64,000 bases of DNA, taken from sequence record PV593634.1; one strand, given 5' to 3'. The notes beneath the pieces were generated by a model. The model made no database searches. It had not been told where the DNA came from and worked only from the letters and a program-made list of their open reading frames with translations. Shown piece by piece: positions 27,129 through 36,500 of this stretch. Numbering within the stretch: position 1 is the stretch's first letter; the number at the start of each line of letters is the position of its first letter. The position numbers and the translations under genes are program-made.

Positions 27129-27592
27129 TGGAACTCAAAGATCCTATTAACTCCTTGATCGAGTTTCTGTCAAAAGAACTTCATCAGGAGATCGTTTATA
27201 ACGACGATAGCTCGCAGTTCTGGAAGAAAGCACAGATACACATCTTCGATAACAGTATTGCTTCCATTCGCGAAAGCATTAACTCGTTAAGTGAAGCTAT
27301 AGGTGAAGACCCGGATTTGTTTAACTACTTCTCCTCCTTTACCTTCCGTGTATTCTCCCAGCCATTTGCACGACCAGCTATCAAGAACTTCTCTGAAGGC
27401 TTTGATGAGATTGGTATGGACGTCTTCTTCCGTGAAGCTCTATCAATTACGTCTAAAGACCTGACCTTAGTCGAACAGTTCCTTCTGTTCTTATCTGTAC
27501 ATCGTAATCAAATTCAATTGATGATGATTGAAGCAGAAGAGTTCAAAGCGGACATGGCTAAGAAAGCAGCAAGAGAAGCTAAGCGGAGATAA
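27128..27592 (+). CDS. hypothetical protein
   Basis: TAATG-coupled to vRNAP beta-C. Confidence 0.8.
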   Translation: MELKDPINSLIEFLSKELHQEIVYNDDSSQFWKKAQIHIFDNSIASIRESINSLSEAIGEDPDLFNYFSSFTFRVFSQPFARPAIKNFSEGFDEIGMDVFFREALSITSKDLTLVEQFLLFLSVHRNQIQLMMIEAEEFKADMAKKAAREAKRR

Positions 27593-27598
27593 TGAATA

Positions 27599-28327
27599 AT
27601 GGATATTACTATCTACACAGAGATGGATTCATTATTCGATGTGAGGCGAGGAATTATTACCAAGGTTGCTCGTGAGTCTGGCAATAACAAGTTTGAGTGG
27701 GATAAGAACTTCAAAGAGATTTATGCTCGACGTCGTTTCGATTACTTCCACCAACCTGAGCTGGGGATTACGGACGAAGCTTATCAAGCTCGTTACGCTA
27801 AGCGCTCCCTGGCTGACTTCGCTGATCATCAAGAAGTATTCGTCTACCCAAGTAAACTGATTCACAACATCTTCAAGATCGTTCGTGAGATAGAGTTTGG
27901 TGTTGGACAGATTATCTCGGCATCAACTTTCGAATTAACAGTTAACCTATATCCTTATGTTCTGGAACAAGAACACATCGATGAGTTGAATTCTGTTATT
28001 CGTGGAGCTGTTCCGTTTAACATCAGTCTATCATTTGTAAACATTCCGTATGATAAAATTACTCCGGTGATTTTACATGCCTATCAGTACTGCTTCATTT
28101 ACGACTTCCTGACTTCTAAAGACCGGAAGACGTACTGGGAAAATTATATCCCAGCGGGAAACACGAACACACGTTTCATTGTCCCGGATGTGCTACTGAA
28201 CAAAGAACTACCCGATGAAATGAGAACCGAAGAGGCGATCACTTTAATTGGAAAACTGAATGTAACTCAAGGTGGTAAAATAACCTGGGTCCCATATCCC
28301 AAAACCATATTCGATTATAAAGAATAA
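27599..28327 (+). CDS. conserved hypothetical protein, degenerate HAD-like N-terminus
   Basis: IYTEMDSLFDVRRG resembles HAD motif I. Confidence 0.6.
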   Translation: MDITIYTEMDSLFDVRRGIITKVARESGNNKFEWDKNFKEIYARRRFDYFHQPELGITDEAYQARYAKRSLADFADHQEVFVYPSKLIHNIFKIVREIEFGVGQIISASTFELTVNLYPYVLEQEHIDELNSVIRGAVPFNISLSFVNIPYDKITPVILHAYQYCFIYDFLTSKDRKTYWENYIPAGNTNTRFIVPDVLLNKELPDEMRTEEAITLIGKLNVTQGGKITWVPYPKTIFDYKE

Positions 28328-28330
28328 GGT

Positions 28331-28364
28331 CAGCCTAGGAGCCCCGCAAGGGCTCCTAGGACTG
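28331..28364. terminator. bidirectional hairpin
   Basis: CCTAGGAGCCC-CGCAA-GGGCTCCTAGG between convergent ORFs. Confidence 0.85.
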
Positions 28365-28375
28365 TTTGCTGTCTG

Positions 28376-28978
28376 TTAGGATTCTGGATCCCAATCGGTG
28401 TCTTCATCTGGATCAGGTGCTTCGGAAGTATTAATGTCATGTTCGTCGTCGTCACCGAAGCTTGCTTCGATTTCTTTGGTGTCAACAACTTGGTGACCTT
28501 GCATAATCTCTTCAGGTCTGATCTCGTCGTCTGGATCTTCTATATGGATAATAGGAGCCAGTGGATCAAGTACGAAAGAGCTGGAACCGTAAGTAGGCAT
28601 GATGATCTTGCCGTTTGATACTTCTGTTAATGCGTTAACAAAGGTAGCAAAGTTAGCTCGGTTGTCTTCCAATTCTCTGTCCTTGAGTCTCTCTTTACGA
28701 TCGTCACGGATAGTCTTTTCAATCTGAGCTAAGATGGTATTAATGGAATCCATCAGCTTCGGGTTGTTAGGTTTGTTAATGATCGTCTGCATCGCAATAT
28801 CAAGTAACAGGTTACGTTGACGTTGAACAGTATTGATCAGGGTGCTTTCAGCTTCCTTGTCTTGAGGACCTTTAAGTAACTTATTTATCTCTGCAATCAA
28901 GGCGTCCTTATCTTGCACCGTTTTCAATTTATCATCAGACGGTGGGGCTGGATGAATCTCATCAGCGTGATCGAACAT
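28376..28978 (-). CDS. helical protein; candidate T4 gp16-like small terminase subunit
   Basis: 200-aa ORF; central helix pair resembles T4 gp16 (see findings); acidic tail. Confidence 0.45.
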   Translation of the reverse strand: MFDHADEIHPAPPSDDKLKTVQDKDALIAEINKLLKGPQDKEAESTLINTVQRQRNLLLDIAMQTIINKPNNPKLMDSINTILAQIEKTIRDDRKERLKDRELEDNRANFATFVNALTEVSNGKIIMPTYGSSSFVLDPLAPIIHIEDPDDEIRPEEIMQGHQVVDTKEIEASFGDDDEHDINTSEAPDPDEDTDWDPES

Positions 28979-29017
28979 AACTGGCTTCCTTATTCTTTAG
29001 TAACTATTAAATTATAG

Positions 29018-29037
29018 ACAGATATTATCAAAGTAGA
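29018..29037 (+). promoter_or_regulatory. putative early promoter motif
   Basis: ACAGATATTATCAAAGTAGA. Confidence 0.55.
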
Positions 29038-29089
29038 TACGGTGGAAATCTAATTTAATAATATCCGTTATTAAATCAGGACTGAGGTA

Positions 29090-29647
29090 ATGAAAATGTT
29101 TTTAGACAAACTGTTGAACAAGATTCCTTTCTTCCGTAATCGTCGAATCAAGAAGATAAAGGAACAGCTTGTTGCCATTAAAAATGATTTTAAAGAGGGA
29201 CACTTTAATGACGTATATATCAGTAGTCTTCACAATATCCTAAATAACCCGCTTGTAAGCTTCTCAGAGGAGCTAATCCGGTTATCATTGGGAAGTGTGG
29301 AGATGTATTCTAAGTCTTCTTCTGGAGCTTCTAAGCTCGTTAGTAAACCTATAATCTCGAGACCCACTCTTGAGAAATCGACAATCATTAGTTTAGAGGT
29401 GAAGAATAAATATGTATCAGAATGGTATTCGAATGAACAGACTTTATTAGAGTTTGTGGAAACTATGAAACTGTACTTACTGATTCAGTGTAAGATGTTT
29501 CAACCGGTGGATGCAAGGACTCACGAAGAACTTAACCAGCTCGGAGCAGGAACTGACCCAGACTTTTTAGACTCGGTATTGTATAGGTTACTGTTGTCCG
29601 ATCTCGTGAATATAACAACCTTCTACGTAGAGAGCAAATATGATTGA
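29090..29647 (+). CDS. hypothetical protein
   Basis: 185-aa ORF, GAGG SD. Confidence 0.8.
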   Translation: MKMFLDKLLNKIPFFRNRRIKKIKEQLVAIKNDFKEGHFNDVYISSLHNILNNPLVSFSEELIRLSLGSVEMYSKSSSGASKLVSKPIISRPTLEKSTIISLEVKNKYVSEWYSNEQTLLEFVETMKLYLLIQCKMFQPVDARTHEELNQLGAGTDPDFLDSVLYRLLLSDLVNITTFYVESKYD

Positions 29648-30050
29648 TAAGAACAAGACCGTTTCGTTTAGTAAGAATAAGAACTTTATTCCTTATGAAC
29701 AGTTGACGGACACACCCAGTCGTCTTTTCAGAAAGATCATTGATGTGTTGGAAATCAACAACGCGAAATGGAAAACGTATCTAGATGACTATTTACGTTG
29801 GCAACATCCAGAAGACTCTGGCACTCCCGCTGAAGTAAAACGCAACCGGAGCACAGCCTTAGGTAATCTGCAGAGTACCTTGTTTTATTCAAAGAACCTA
29901 ACATGGAACAAATTGTTGGTGGCTTTAAAAATCTGTCGCATTACCAAGATCAAGATTAGCTTGGAGATAGAAACAGAATCTGGTGAGCAACACACCATCT
30001 CTGAAACCACTTTACTGCGCAAGTCTCCGAAAGGAACCGTGGACGAGTAA
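29640..30050 (+). CDS. conserved phiKZ-like hypothetical protein
   Basis: LFRKI...W..YL..Y...R....GNL...L....LTW pattern recalled from phiKZ-like phages. Confidence 0.7.
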   Translation: MIDKNKTVSFSKNKNFIPYEQLTDTPSRLFRKIIDVLEINNAKWKTYLDDYLRWQHPEDSGTPAEVKRNRSTALGNLQSTLFYSKNLTWNKLLVALKICRITKIKISLEIETESGEQHTISETTLLRKSPKGTVDE

Positions 30051-30058
30051 TCAGATTA

Positions 30059-30084
30059 GTTACCTTACCCGAAGGTAAGGTAAC
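30059..30084. terminator. hairpin
   Basis: GTTACCTTACC-CGAA-GGTAAGGTAAC. Confidence 0.8.
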
Positions 30085-30117
30085 GATCTTAATCCTTCTT
30101 TTATTTTTGGTGTTTAT

Positions 30118-31236
30118 ATGTCAACCCTAATTCAAAAACGTAGTATGTTCGAAGGTGTGGACCTGAATAACAAAATCCAAGAAGCTAGTCGTTCCATGAA
30201 CGAAACAGTTTCAGGATTAACCACACAACTTATCAACCCGTTTAAGTCAGTTACAGATACAGTACAGTCTGGTGTCGCTTTGATATCAGAAGGGCAGTCT
30301 GTCATTGCAAACAACATTAGTAACTATAAATCTAAAGCACTGACTCACATTAGTGATACGATGAAGAACCTTACCGGTGGGATGTTGAACATCGGTGACA
30401 TAGGACGTCTGGTAACGTATCAGGACGGCTTTAAAGTTAATACTGATGAGTTACTACGCCTTGGTTCTAAAGGGCTAGGATTCAACGTACACTCAATGCA
30501 GGACCTTAAGACACAGATAGGTGATGGGTTCTTAAATCAGTTAAGTCAAATGTCAGGTGGGTTGTCGGATGGTCTGGTGTTCTTTGATGGAACGAAGTTA
30601 AGGATTGCCGATGACTGGAAAATGAACATGGGACAGGACATCATTGCCTTCTTAGGTAAAGATGATCCAGAAGGTTTCGGTAGCGTGTTTAACCTTGCCG
30701 CTACGAACTCCATTCTTAATGCGATGCTTGGTCAAACTGTTCAATACGGTATGTACCAGGGCTTTAAGAACTATGGAGACATGTACATCTATGCTTCCGA
30801 CTTCCATGACCAGTTAATCGATTCACTTACCTTCGCTATTGCTCGTGGTGATGCTAAGTCTATTGAAACGATTCTAGAATTGATCAACACGGAAGGGGTG
30901 AGTAAAGTTAAAGCCAAGTACCCTCTTTTAATAGAGGACATGCTGAAGAACTTTAACTTTAGTTCTGGCGAAACCTCTGCTGACTATCCTGCCATTAAAG
31001 CTTCTTTACTTAAAGTAATTAACTTAGTGGGTGGTACTAACTGGTATCTGTATCCTACCCAGTTTGGTTTAGCGATTAATACTGGGTTGACATCTAGCAT
31101 CTCTGAAGACGCTAAAGTTCTGTTAAGCAGTGAGCCTGATTTGATCCCTTTATTGGCTACGGCTGGCGTGTTCTTAGATCAAAGCGCTAAAGACGTATTC
31201 ATTTCAGATTTCCCTAAAGCTGTTGTATTCAAATAA
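30118..31236 (+). CDS. putative virion structural protein
   Basis: 372-aa ORF converging on tail hub gene, as in phiKZ-like tail block. Confidence 0.55.
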   Translation: MSTLIQKRSMFEGVDLNNKIQEASRSMNETVSGLTTQLINPFKSVTDTVQSGVALISEGQSVIANNISNYKSKALTHISDTMKNLTGGMLNIGDIGRLVTYQDGFKVNTDELLRLGSKGLGFNVHSMQDLKTQIGDGFLNQLSQMSGGLSDGLVFFDGTKLRIADDWKMNMGQDIIAFLGKDDPEGFGSVFNLAATNSILNAMLGQTVQYGMYQGFKNYGDMYIYASDFHDQLIDSLTFAIARGDAKSIETILELINTEGVSKVKAKYPLLIEDMLKNFNFSSGETSADYPAIKASLLKVINLVGGTNWYLYPTQFGLAINTGLTSSISEDAKVLLSSEPDLIPLLATAGVFLDQSAKDVFISDFPKAVVFK

Positions 31237-31278
31237 ACATAACCCTACCCACTCCGAAAGGAGGGGTAGGGGGTTATG
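31236..31278. terminator. conserved bidirectional hairpin, copy 5 (inverted orientation)
   Basis: CCCTACCC-A-CTCC-GAAA-GGAG-GGGTAGGG between convergent ORFs. Confidence 0.85.
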
Positions 31279-31293
31279 CTTGTTTGTTTCTTT

Positions 31294-33519
31294 TTACCTG
31301 TTGAGAGGTCTTCCGGTAAAGATACGTGCAACGTCACCAACGATAGAGTCGTTGACAACACCCGCGATGGTCTGCGGTTTAAACATGTTCATTGCATCCG
31401 TAGTAAAACGAGTCAAACGTTTGTTCAAGTCGTTATAACGAAGAACGGTATCCATGTAATCAACACCTGCGATACGGTTAACCCAATCGTTGTACTTACC
31501 GATGTCACCTAAGTAACGGGAGGAAGCACCAGCGATGTCAACAAGAGCCAGAGGGTTAGTTACACGGGCAATCGGAACTGACAGTACCTTATCCAGGTCA
31601 GCGATCGTTAAATCGATGCGTAAGTTACGCGGCTTCATATCTGTCGTCCAACCTAATGGACCTGTACCGAATGTGAAGGATGCGTTCTGTACGATACCTG
31701 TACGGATAATGGACTTACCACGGCTGAAACACTTAACCAGGAATGGAGCGGTATATGTAGCACCGCCGGTGGAGAACGGTACAACGAAAGGCATGATCAA
31801 AGACAACGGTAGGAAAATGTTCGTTGCAATTGAATACGGATGCGCATACGGAGCTTCAAGATAAATCGAGAAAGACTCTGAGTGCAAGTTAGTTGTAGAA
31901 TCAGACCAGTGATCTGGTATATCAACTTTAGCGTTACCGAGTAATGCAAGTGGTACGTTACCAATTACAGAACCTGCTGCCAAACCTGCTGCTGCATCTT
32001 TGATCGTTCCTACGAAATCATCAATAACACCTACACCGGTATTACCACCTGCCACGTTGAACTTAAAGTCCTGTACAGCTTGAACTGTGTTGTTAAAGGT
32101 AGATGCAATGGAAGAACTGGTTGTCTGGTTCCCTAAGGAGTCAGATACTGAACCGGTTCCTTCGGTACGGAACGTAACGGCATCCATACCACCATAGAAC
32201 CCGTCCATCAACAACTGACCGATCTGACCTAACCAACTTGATTCGTCAAGATCAGGAGGAGACTCGATAGAAGGAGGAACAGTTCCTTGCATGTCTGGAC
32301 CGGTAGTTCCTGTTTGTGTGCTACGAACAGGTTCACCAGCACCAGCTACGCCATAACTACCAGACTCTGCACGAGCAGCTGCAGCTAACTGCATTTGATC
32401 AGCAGCGATCTTAGACATCATGTCTGAACTACCTGTACTGGTATCACCAACAGGTTTAATGTTGACACCTGCTTGAACACTAGTATAGGCGGATGCTACT
32501 TCAGGATACGAGATCTCATCTGGACCACGGTCTTTAGCAACTGTCTTCATTTCTTCTTTCAACCATTGACTGGTTGTCATACCTGCGGTGTAACCACCGT
32601 TGGCATTAACGAATGAAGAGTCCTTAATCAAACTGTCGATAGTAGACTGGATCGCTTTGTCTTTCTGTTCAACAGAACGAATCGCAACGTTATTATCCAG
32701 ATCCTTAATCTTCTTCATGAAGTAGCGGAACTTACGAACCCCACGAGTAGAGAGTTTAAGGATATCAATCGTACCGTCTGAGTTAATCGCATCAGGGAAC
32801 AAACTGTTTAAGTAAGCAACGTTGTTCTTAGCAGACTGTGTATCTGTTTCCCAACCTTTCTCACCACCACCGTTGAAGTCACGATCAGCACGCTTAGCGT
32901 TACCTTGGTCCTGTGTCTTCTTAGGCAATACGGTTAATGCATAACCTGCTGCAATCATCAAGTCGTTAAAGATGCCCTGAGCTGCCGTGAAGTACATCCC
33001 CATGGCTGGCTTACAGTAATACCATTTGTTCTTAGGTGTCTGAGTCAGATACTCAAAGAAGTTAAACGACGTAGCAACAATCTGTGCAGGCCAGAAGGCA
33101 ATAGCACCAGCTGCTTGACCAATGTAGAATGCCCAAGAAGGAGCACGACCTTTGTTAGCCATTATAGCTGCTGAGTAATCGAACATCCCAATGATGAACG
33201 AAAGCATGCCTGTAAATTCTGCAGTACCTGCGGTGAGAGTTACTGATAGTGCGTTATCGTTGTGAATACGTTTATAATAACGACCCATGTTACCTAAACG
33301 GTTTTCCATAATAGGTTTCGGGTGTGGATCAGTATTTCTACCAAAGCCTGGTAACGGGTTAACGAATTTGTTATCACCAATCGCAGTGGAGAAATAACTC
33401 GTATAAAGGTCGTAATCGGATTTGATTAAAACCTGTTCTGGATCTTTCAATCCATCTGACATAATTCGGAAAGAACGACTAACTAGGTTAGCGTCCTTGT
33501 AAGGAACACTTACACTCAT
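31294..33519 (-). CDS. tail/baseplate hub-associated protein (phiKZ gp182-like)
   Basis: 741 aa, directly downstream of tape measure; C-terminal APY.HP.S and PFLVKCFSRG...GIV...SFTFG...WT....P pattern. Confidence 0.7.
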   Translation of the reverse strand: MSVSVPYKDANLVSRSFRIMSDGLKDPEQVLIKSDYDLYTSYFSTAIGDNKFVNPLPGFGRNTDPHPKPIMENRLGNMGRYYKRIHNDNALSVTLTAGTAEFTGMLSFIIGMFDYSAAIMANKGRAPSWAFYIGQAAGAIAFWPAQIVATSFNFFEYLTQTPKNKWYYCKPAMGMYFTAAQGIFNDLMIAAGYALTVLPKKTQDQGNAKRADRDFNGGGEKGWETDTQSAKNNVAYLNSLFPDAINSDGTIDILKLSTRGVRKFRYFMKKIKDLDNNVAIRSVEQKDKAIQSTIDSLIKDSSFVNANGGYTAGMTTSQWLKEEMKTVAKDRGPDEISYPEVASAYTSVQAGVNIKPVGDTSTGSSDMMSKIAADQMQLAAAARAESGSYGVAGAGEPVRSTQTGTTGPDMQGTVPPSIESPPDLDESSWLGQIGQLLMDGFYGGMDAVTFRTEGTGSVSDSLGNQTTSSSIASTFNNTVQAVQDFKFNVAGGNTGVGVIDDFVGTIKDAAAGLAAGSVIGNVPLALLGNAKVDIPDHWSDSTTNLHSESFSIYLEAPYAHPYSIATNIFLPLSLIMPFVVPFSTGGATYTAPFLVKCFSRGKSIIRTGIVQNASFTFGTGPLGWTTDMKPRNLRIDLTIADLDKVLSVPIARVTNPLALVDIAGASSRYLGDIGKYNDWVNRIAGVDYMDTVLRYNDLNKRLTRFTTDAMNMFKPQTIAGVVNDSIVGDVARIFTGRPLNR

Positions 33520-33535
33520 AACTACCTCTGAGTAA

Positions 33536-33553
33536 AGGGGACCGAAGTCCCCT
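33536..33553 (-). terminator. UUCG hairpin after tape measure gene
   Basis: AGGGGAC-CGAA-GTCCCCT. Confidence 0.7.
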
Positions 33554-33558
33554 CATCA

Positions 33559-36500
33559 TTATACACTGACCGTAGGTGTTTTCTGGCTGCCTTGAAGCAA
33601 CTGAGCAATACGGGCAAGCGTCTGGTTAGCTCTCTGCAATTCTCTAACTGCATCCACATCAGTAGATTGAATGTGTTCTGCTTTACCTTTCTCAGGAACA
33701 GCAGCCGGTGCTTGAGGAGCCACAGGTGCTTTCTGAGGAATTGCCGGAGCAGGTGTCGTAGCCATTGACGGTGTAGAAGCACTGGTTGCGTTGACAGGTC
33801 CAGTAGGTGCCGCTGGTTTAGACTCAGGCGTAGACGTATTGACAGGTGCGGTAGGACCGTCATTACTAACTGCGTTGACAGGATCAAGAGTAGATGCTGT
33901 TGCCTGTGGAGGCGGAGTACCAGCATTAGAAGGAGCCGTAGCTTTCTCTGACTCATTGATCAACTTGGTAAGATCTGATTCGCTACTTCCTTTAGGAGCA
34001 GATGGGCCACCAGGTTGTACTGCCGTCGCGTCAGGTGGAACGTTCTGGTCTGCGGCCGCAGGTGGTTCAGGTGTAGCCGCTGGGGTAGCAGCCGCTTCTG
34101 CCGCAGCAGAGTCCATGCTGATATCGCCGTTACGAAGCTTGTTGAGATACTCCTGATAATACTTACGACGTTCATCAGTAGCAGGAACCGCGTTACCGCC
34201 GTTAATCCCACGTACCGCTGTTTCAAAGTCACCCGTCTTAGCAATAGACATCATCGCTGGGGAGTTCTTAAGGAAACGTACAGCTGATTCAGCCATTACG
34301 TTTGGATCCTCAGAAACTAACTTAGGATTACTTACAACGTCAATACCGGTTTCTTTCTTGAAGCGTTCATAGTTAGCTTTACCAGTCAACTGGAAGAAGC
34401 CACGTCCACGGTAGTCCCAACCATCTTCAGGCTTGGTGTTACCTAAGCCTTTAGCTTTCGGGTTTCGACCGTATACCCACATTGCACGTTCAGGTGGAGA
34501 CATCGCTGCAACCTTCTGAGCCGTAGCTTCATCAGGTATGTTCTTGAAGTACTTCAGAAGGGTAGGAGCAGACCAACGTGTATCTTCAACGGTGTTCTGA
34601 TAGTTCCCTGTTTCCTTCTTAGTCATCGCAAGAGCGAGCGCGATAGTTTTGATATCAGTAATGCCTGCTTTGAGTAGGTGGTTAAGCATGAGCTTCTCAC
34701 CTTGCTCAGGAGACATCTTAATACCTTTGTCATCACCTTGCTTTTTCAAGTACTCTGGGTTGAAGTTAGTATCGGCCTGACCAGTAAACTGACCAGCAGA
34801 ACCTGCTCCACCGCCAGGTAAAGACATCGTAGCATTTGGATATGCGCCAGCAGGAGAACCTGAACCGACACCAGCTCCCACACCAACACCTGTAGCAAAG
34901 TTACTTGTGTTAGTATTACCAGCAAGCTGTTTGTCCATAGCGACTTTAGTCAACTGTTGCATACGCTGAGCGTTAGCGGTTTGACTTTGGTCATCACCTT
35001 GTTTACCTCTTGACTTCTCTGCTTCTAACTCTGGATCTTTCAATCTAGCTTCAGACGCTTTGGAATCAAGGATAGTAATGTACTTGTCAGCACGATCGTT
35101 AAATGTACCGGACTTAGAGTTAGGGAACGGACCTGCTTCGATTTCCCAGATAGACTTAACCTGGTTATCTACAGTCACCATTTGATCTACTAACAGTCTA
35201 GCGATATCAAACTTGTTGGTAGCTGATAATGCACGCCATCCTTTCTCAGGAGTAGTTCCACGATACTTCTTAACCTGTACACAATAAAGCATGACGGTTG
35301 GAAGGAAACGATCTCGGAACCACGTTAACCAGTTCATCTCTTCGTGTGGTTTAGCAATACGGAACGCTGGACGGAAGATCTCAAGCATTTGGCCTGACTT
35401 ACCAGTAAAGCGAGCCTGTTCACCGATAACCATGATGTACGACTGGATGTACGTTTCTAAACGCAGGACAGCCTCACAACGCCAAGGCATGTTATCAATG
35501 TTACCATAGACAGCAAGACGAGTCATCGTAAATGGATCAATCGCATCACCGTTAGAAGGAATCATATCGGTAATGTCAATTGTCTTAACTTGTTCTGGTT
35601 GCGTGAAACGACGTTCAATGTCTTCACGGCTAGCACGAGCTGCTTCTGCACCCATCTTATCAGAAGCCATGTTCTCAGCGGTCATACCTAAGGTCTGGGA
35701 ACTGATCTCTTTCTTAGCTACCTGTTGAGGTGTTTCAGCTTTGAGAGTATCAACAACACCTTCAGATGGACTTGGGTATTCCTTCCTCAGTTTATCCATC
35801 AATGCGTTAACTACTTCTGATGTTTTCATTTCATCCATCAGAGGGATACGCGCATCTATGCGGGTGTCAACTTTATACGGATAAGGTTGGATAGTACCAA
35901 TGCCCTGCTGTACACGTTCAAGAGTCTGAACCACGATGTAACCAGAAGCTCTATCAAACTCTTCGAGGTCACCCATGTTAGCTACGGATACTGTTGCGTT
36001 AAAGGTCAGGAAGATTGGTTTGAAACGACCAACGAACCATGCCTTAGCAGATTCAGCATCGACAGCAGTACCGCCTGCGGTACGAACGAAGTCAGTAAGG
36101 ATCTTGTCAAGTGGAACGTTATCTTTGAAGGAAGCACGGTTATTACGAATCTGTACATATGGATAGAGAACTTGTTCCAACCATCCAACACGACGACCCA
36201 GACCAGACTTCTGATCTCTAACACCATACATGGCTAAACGTACAGCACGCTGAGGTGTTTCGGAAACTTCCTTAAGCTCACCATACCCTTCAGGAGTACG
36301 ATCGATACCTTGCAGTTTATCCTCGTATTCTTCGACTTCATCACGACGGTAGAAGAACTTACCATCAGAAGCCCAGAACATCCCGTAGTTTTCCAGAGTA
36401 GAACGTTTGTCACCTGCGACAGCATCACCGGCAGCTTTGGCCAACATACCAGAAGGAAGGTATGAAGTGAGTGCGTCAACAGCAGCATCTCCACCAGTAC

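Noticed and set aside
33522-33956. 144-aa alternative-frame ORF overlapping the tape-measure 3' end (possible frameshift product)
   Set aside because: Leu/Arg/His-rich by-product of Pro/Ala codons; no slippery site identified.
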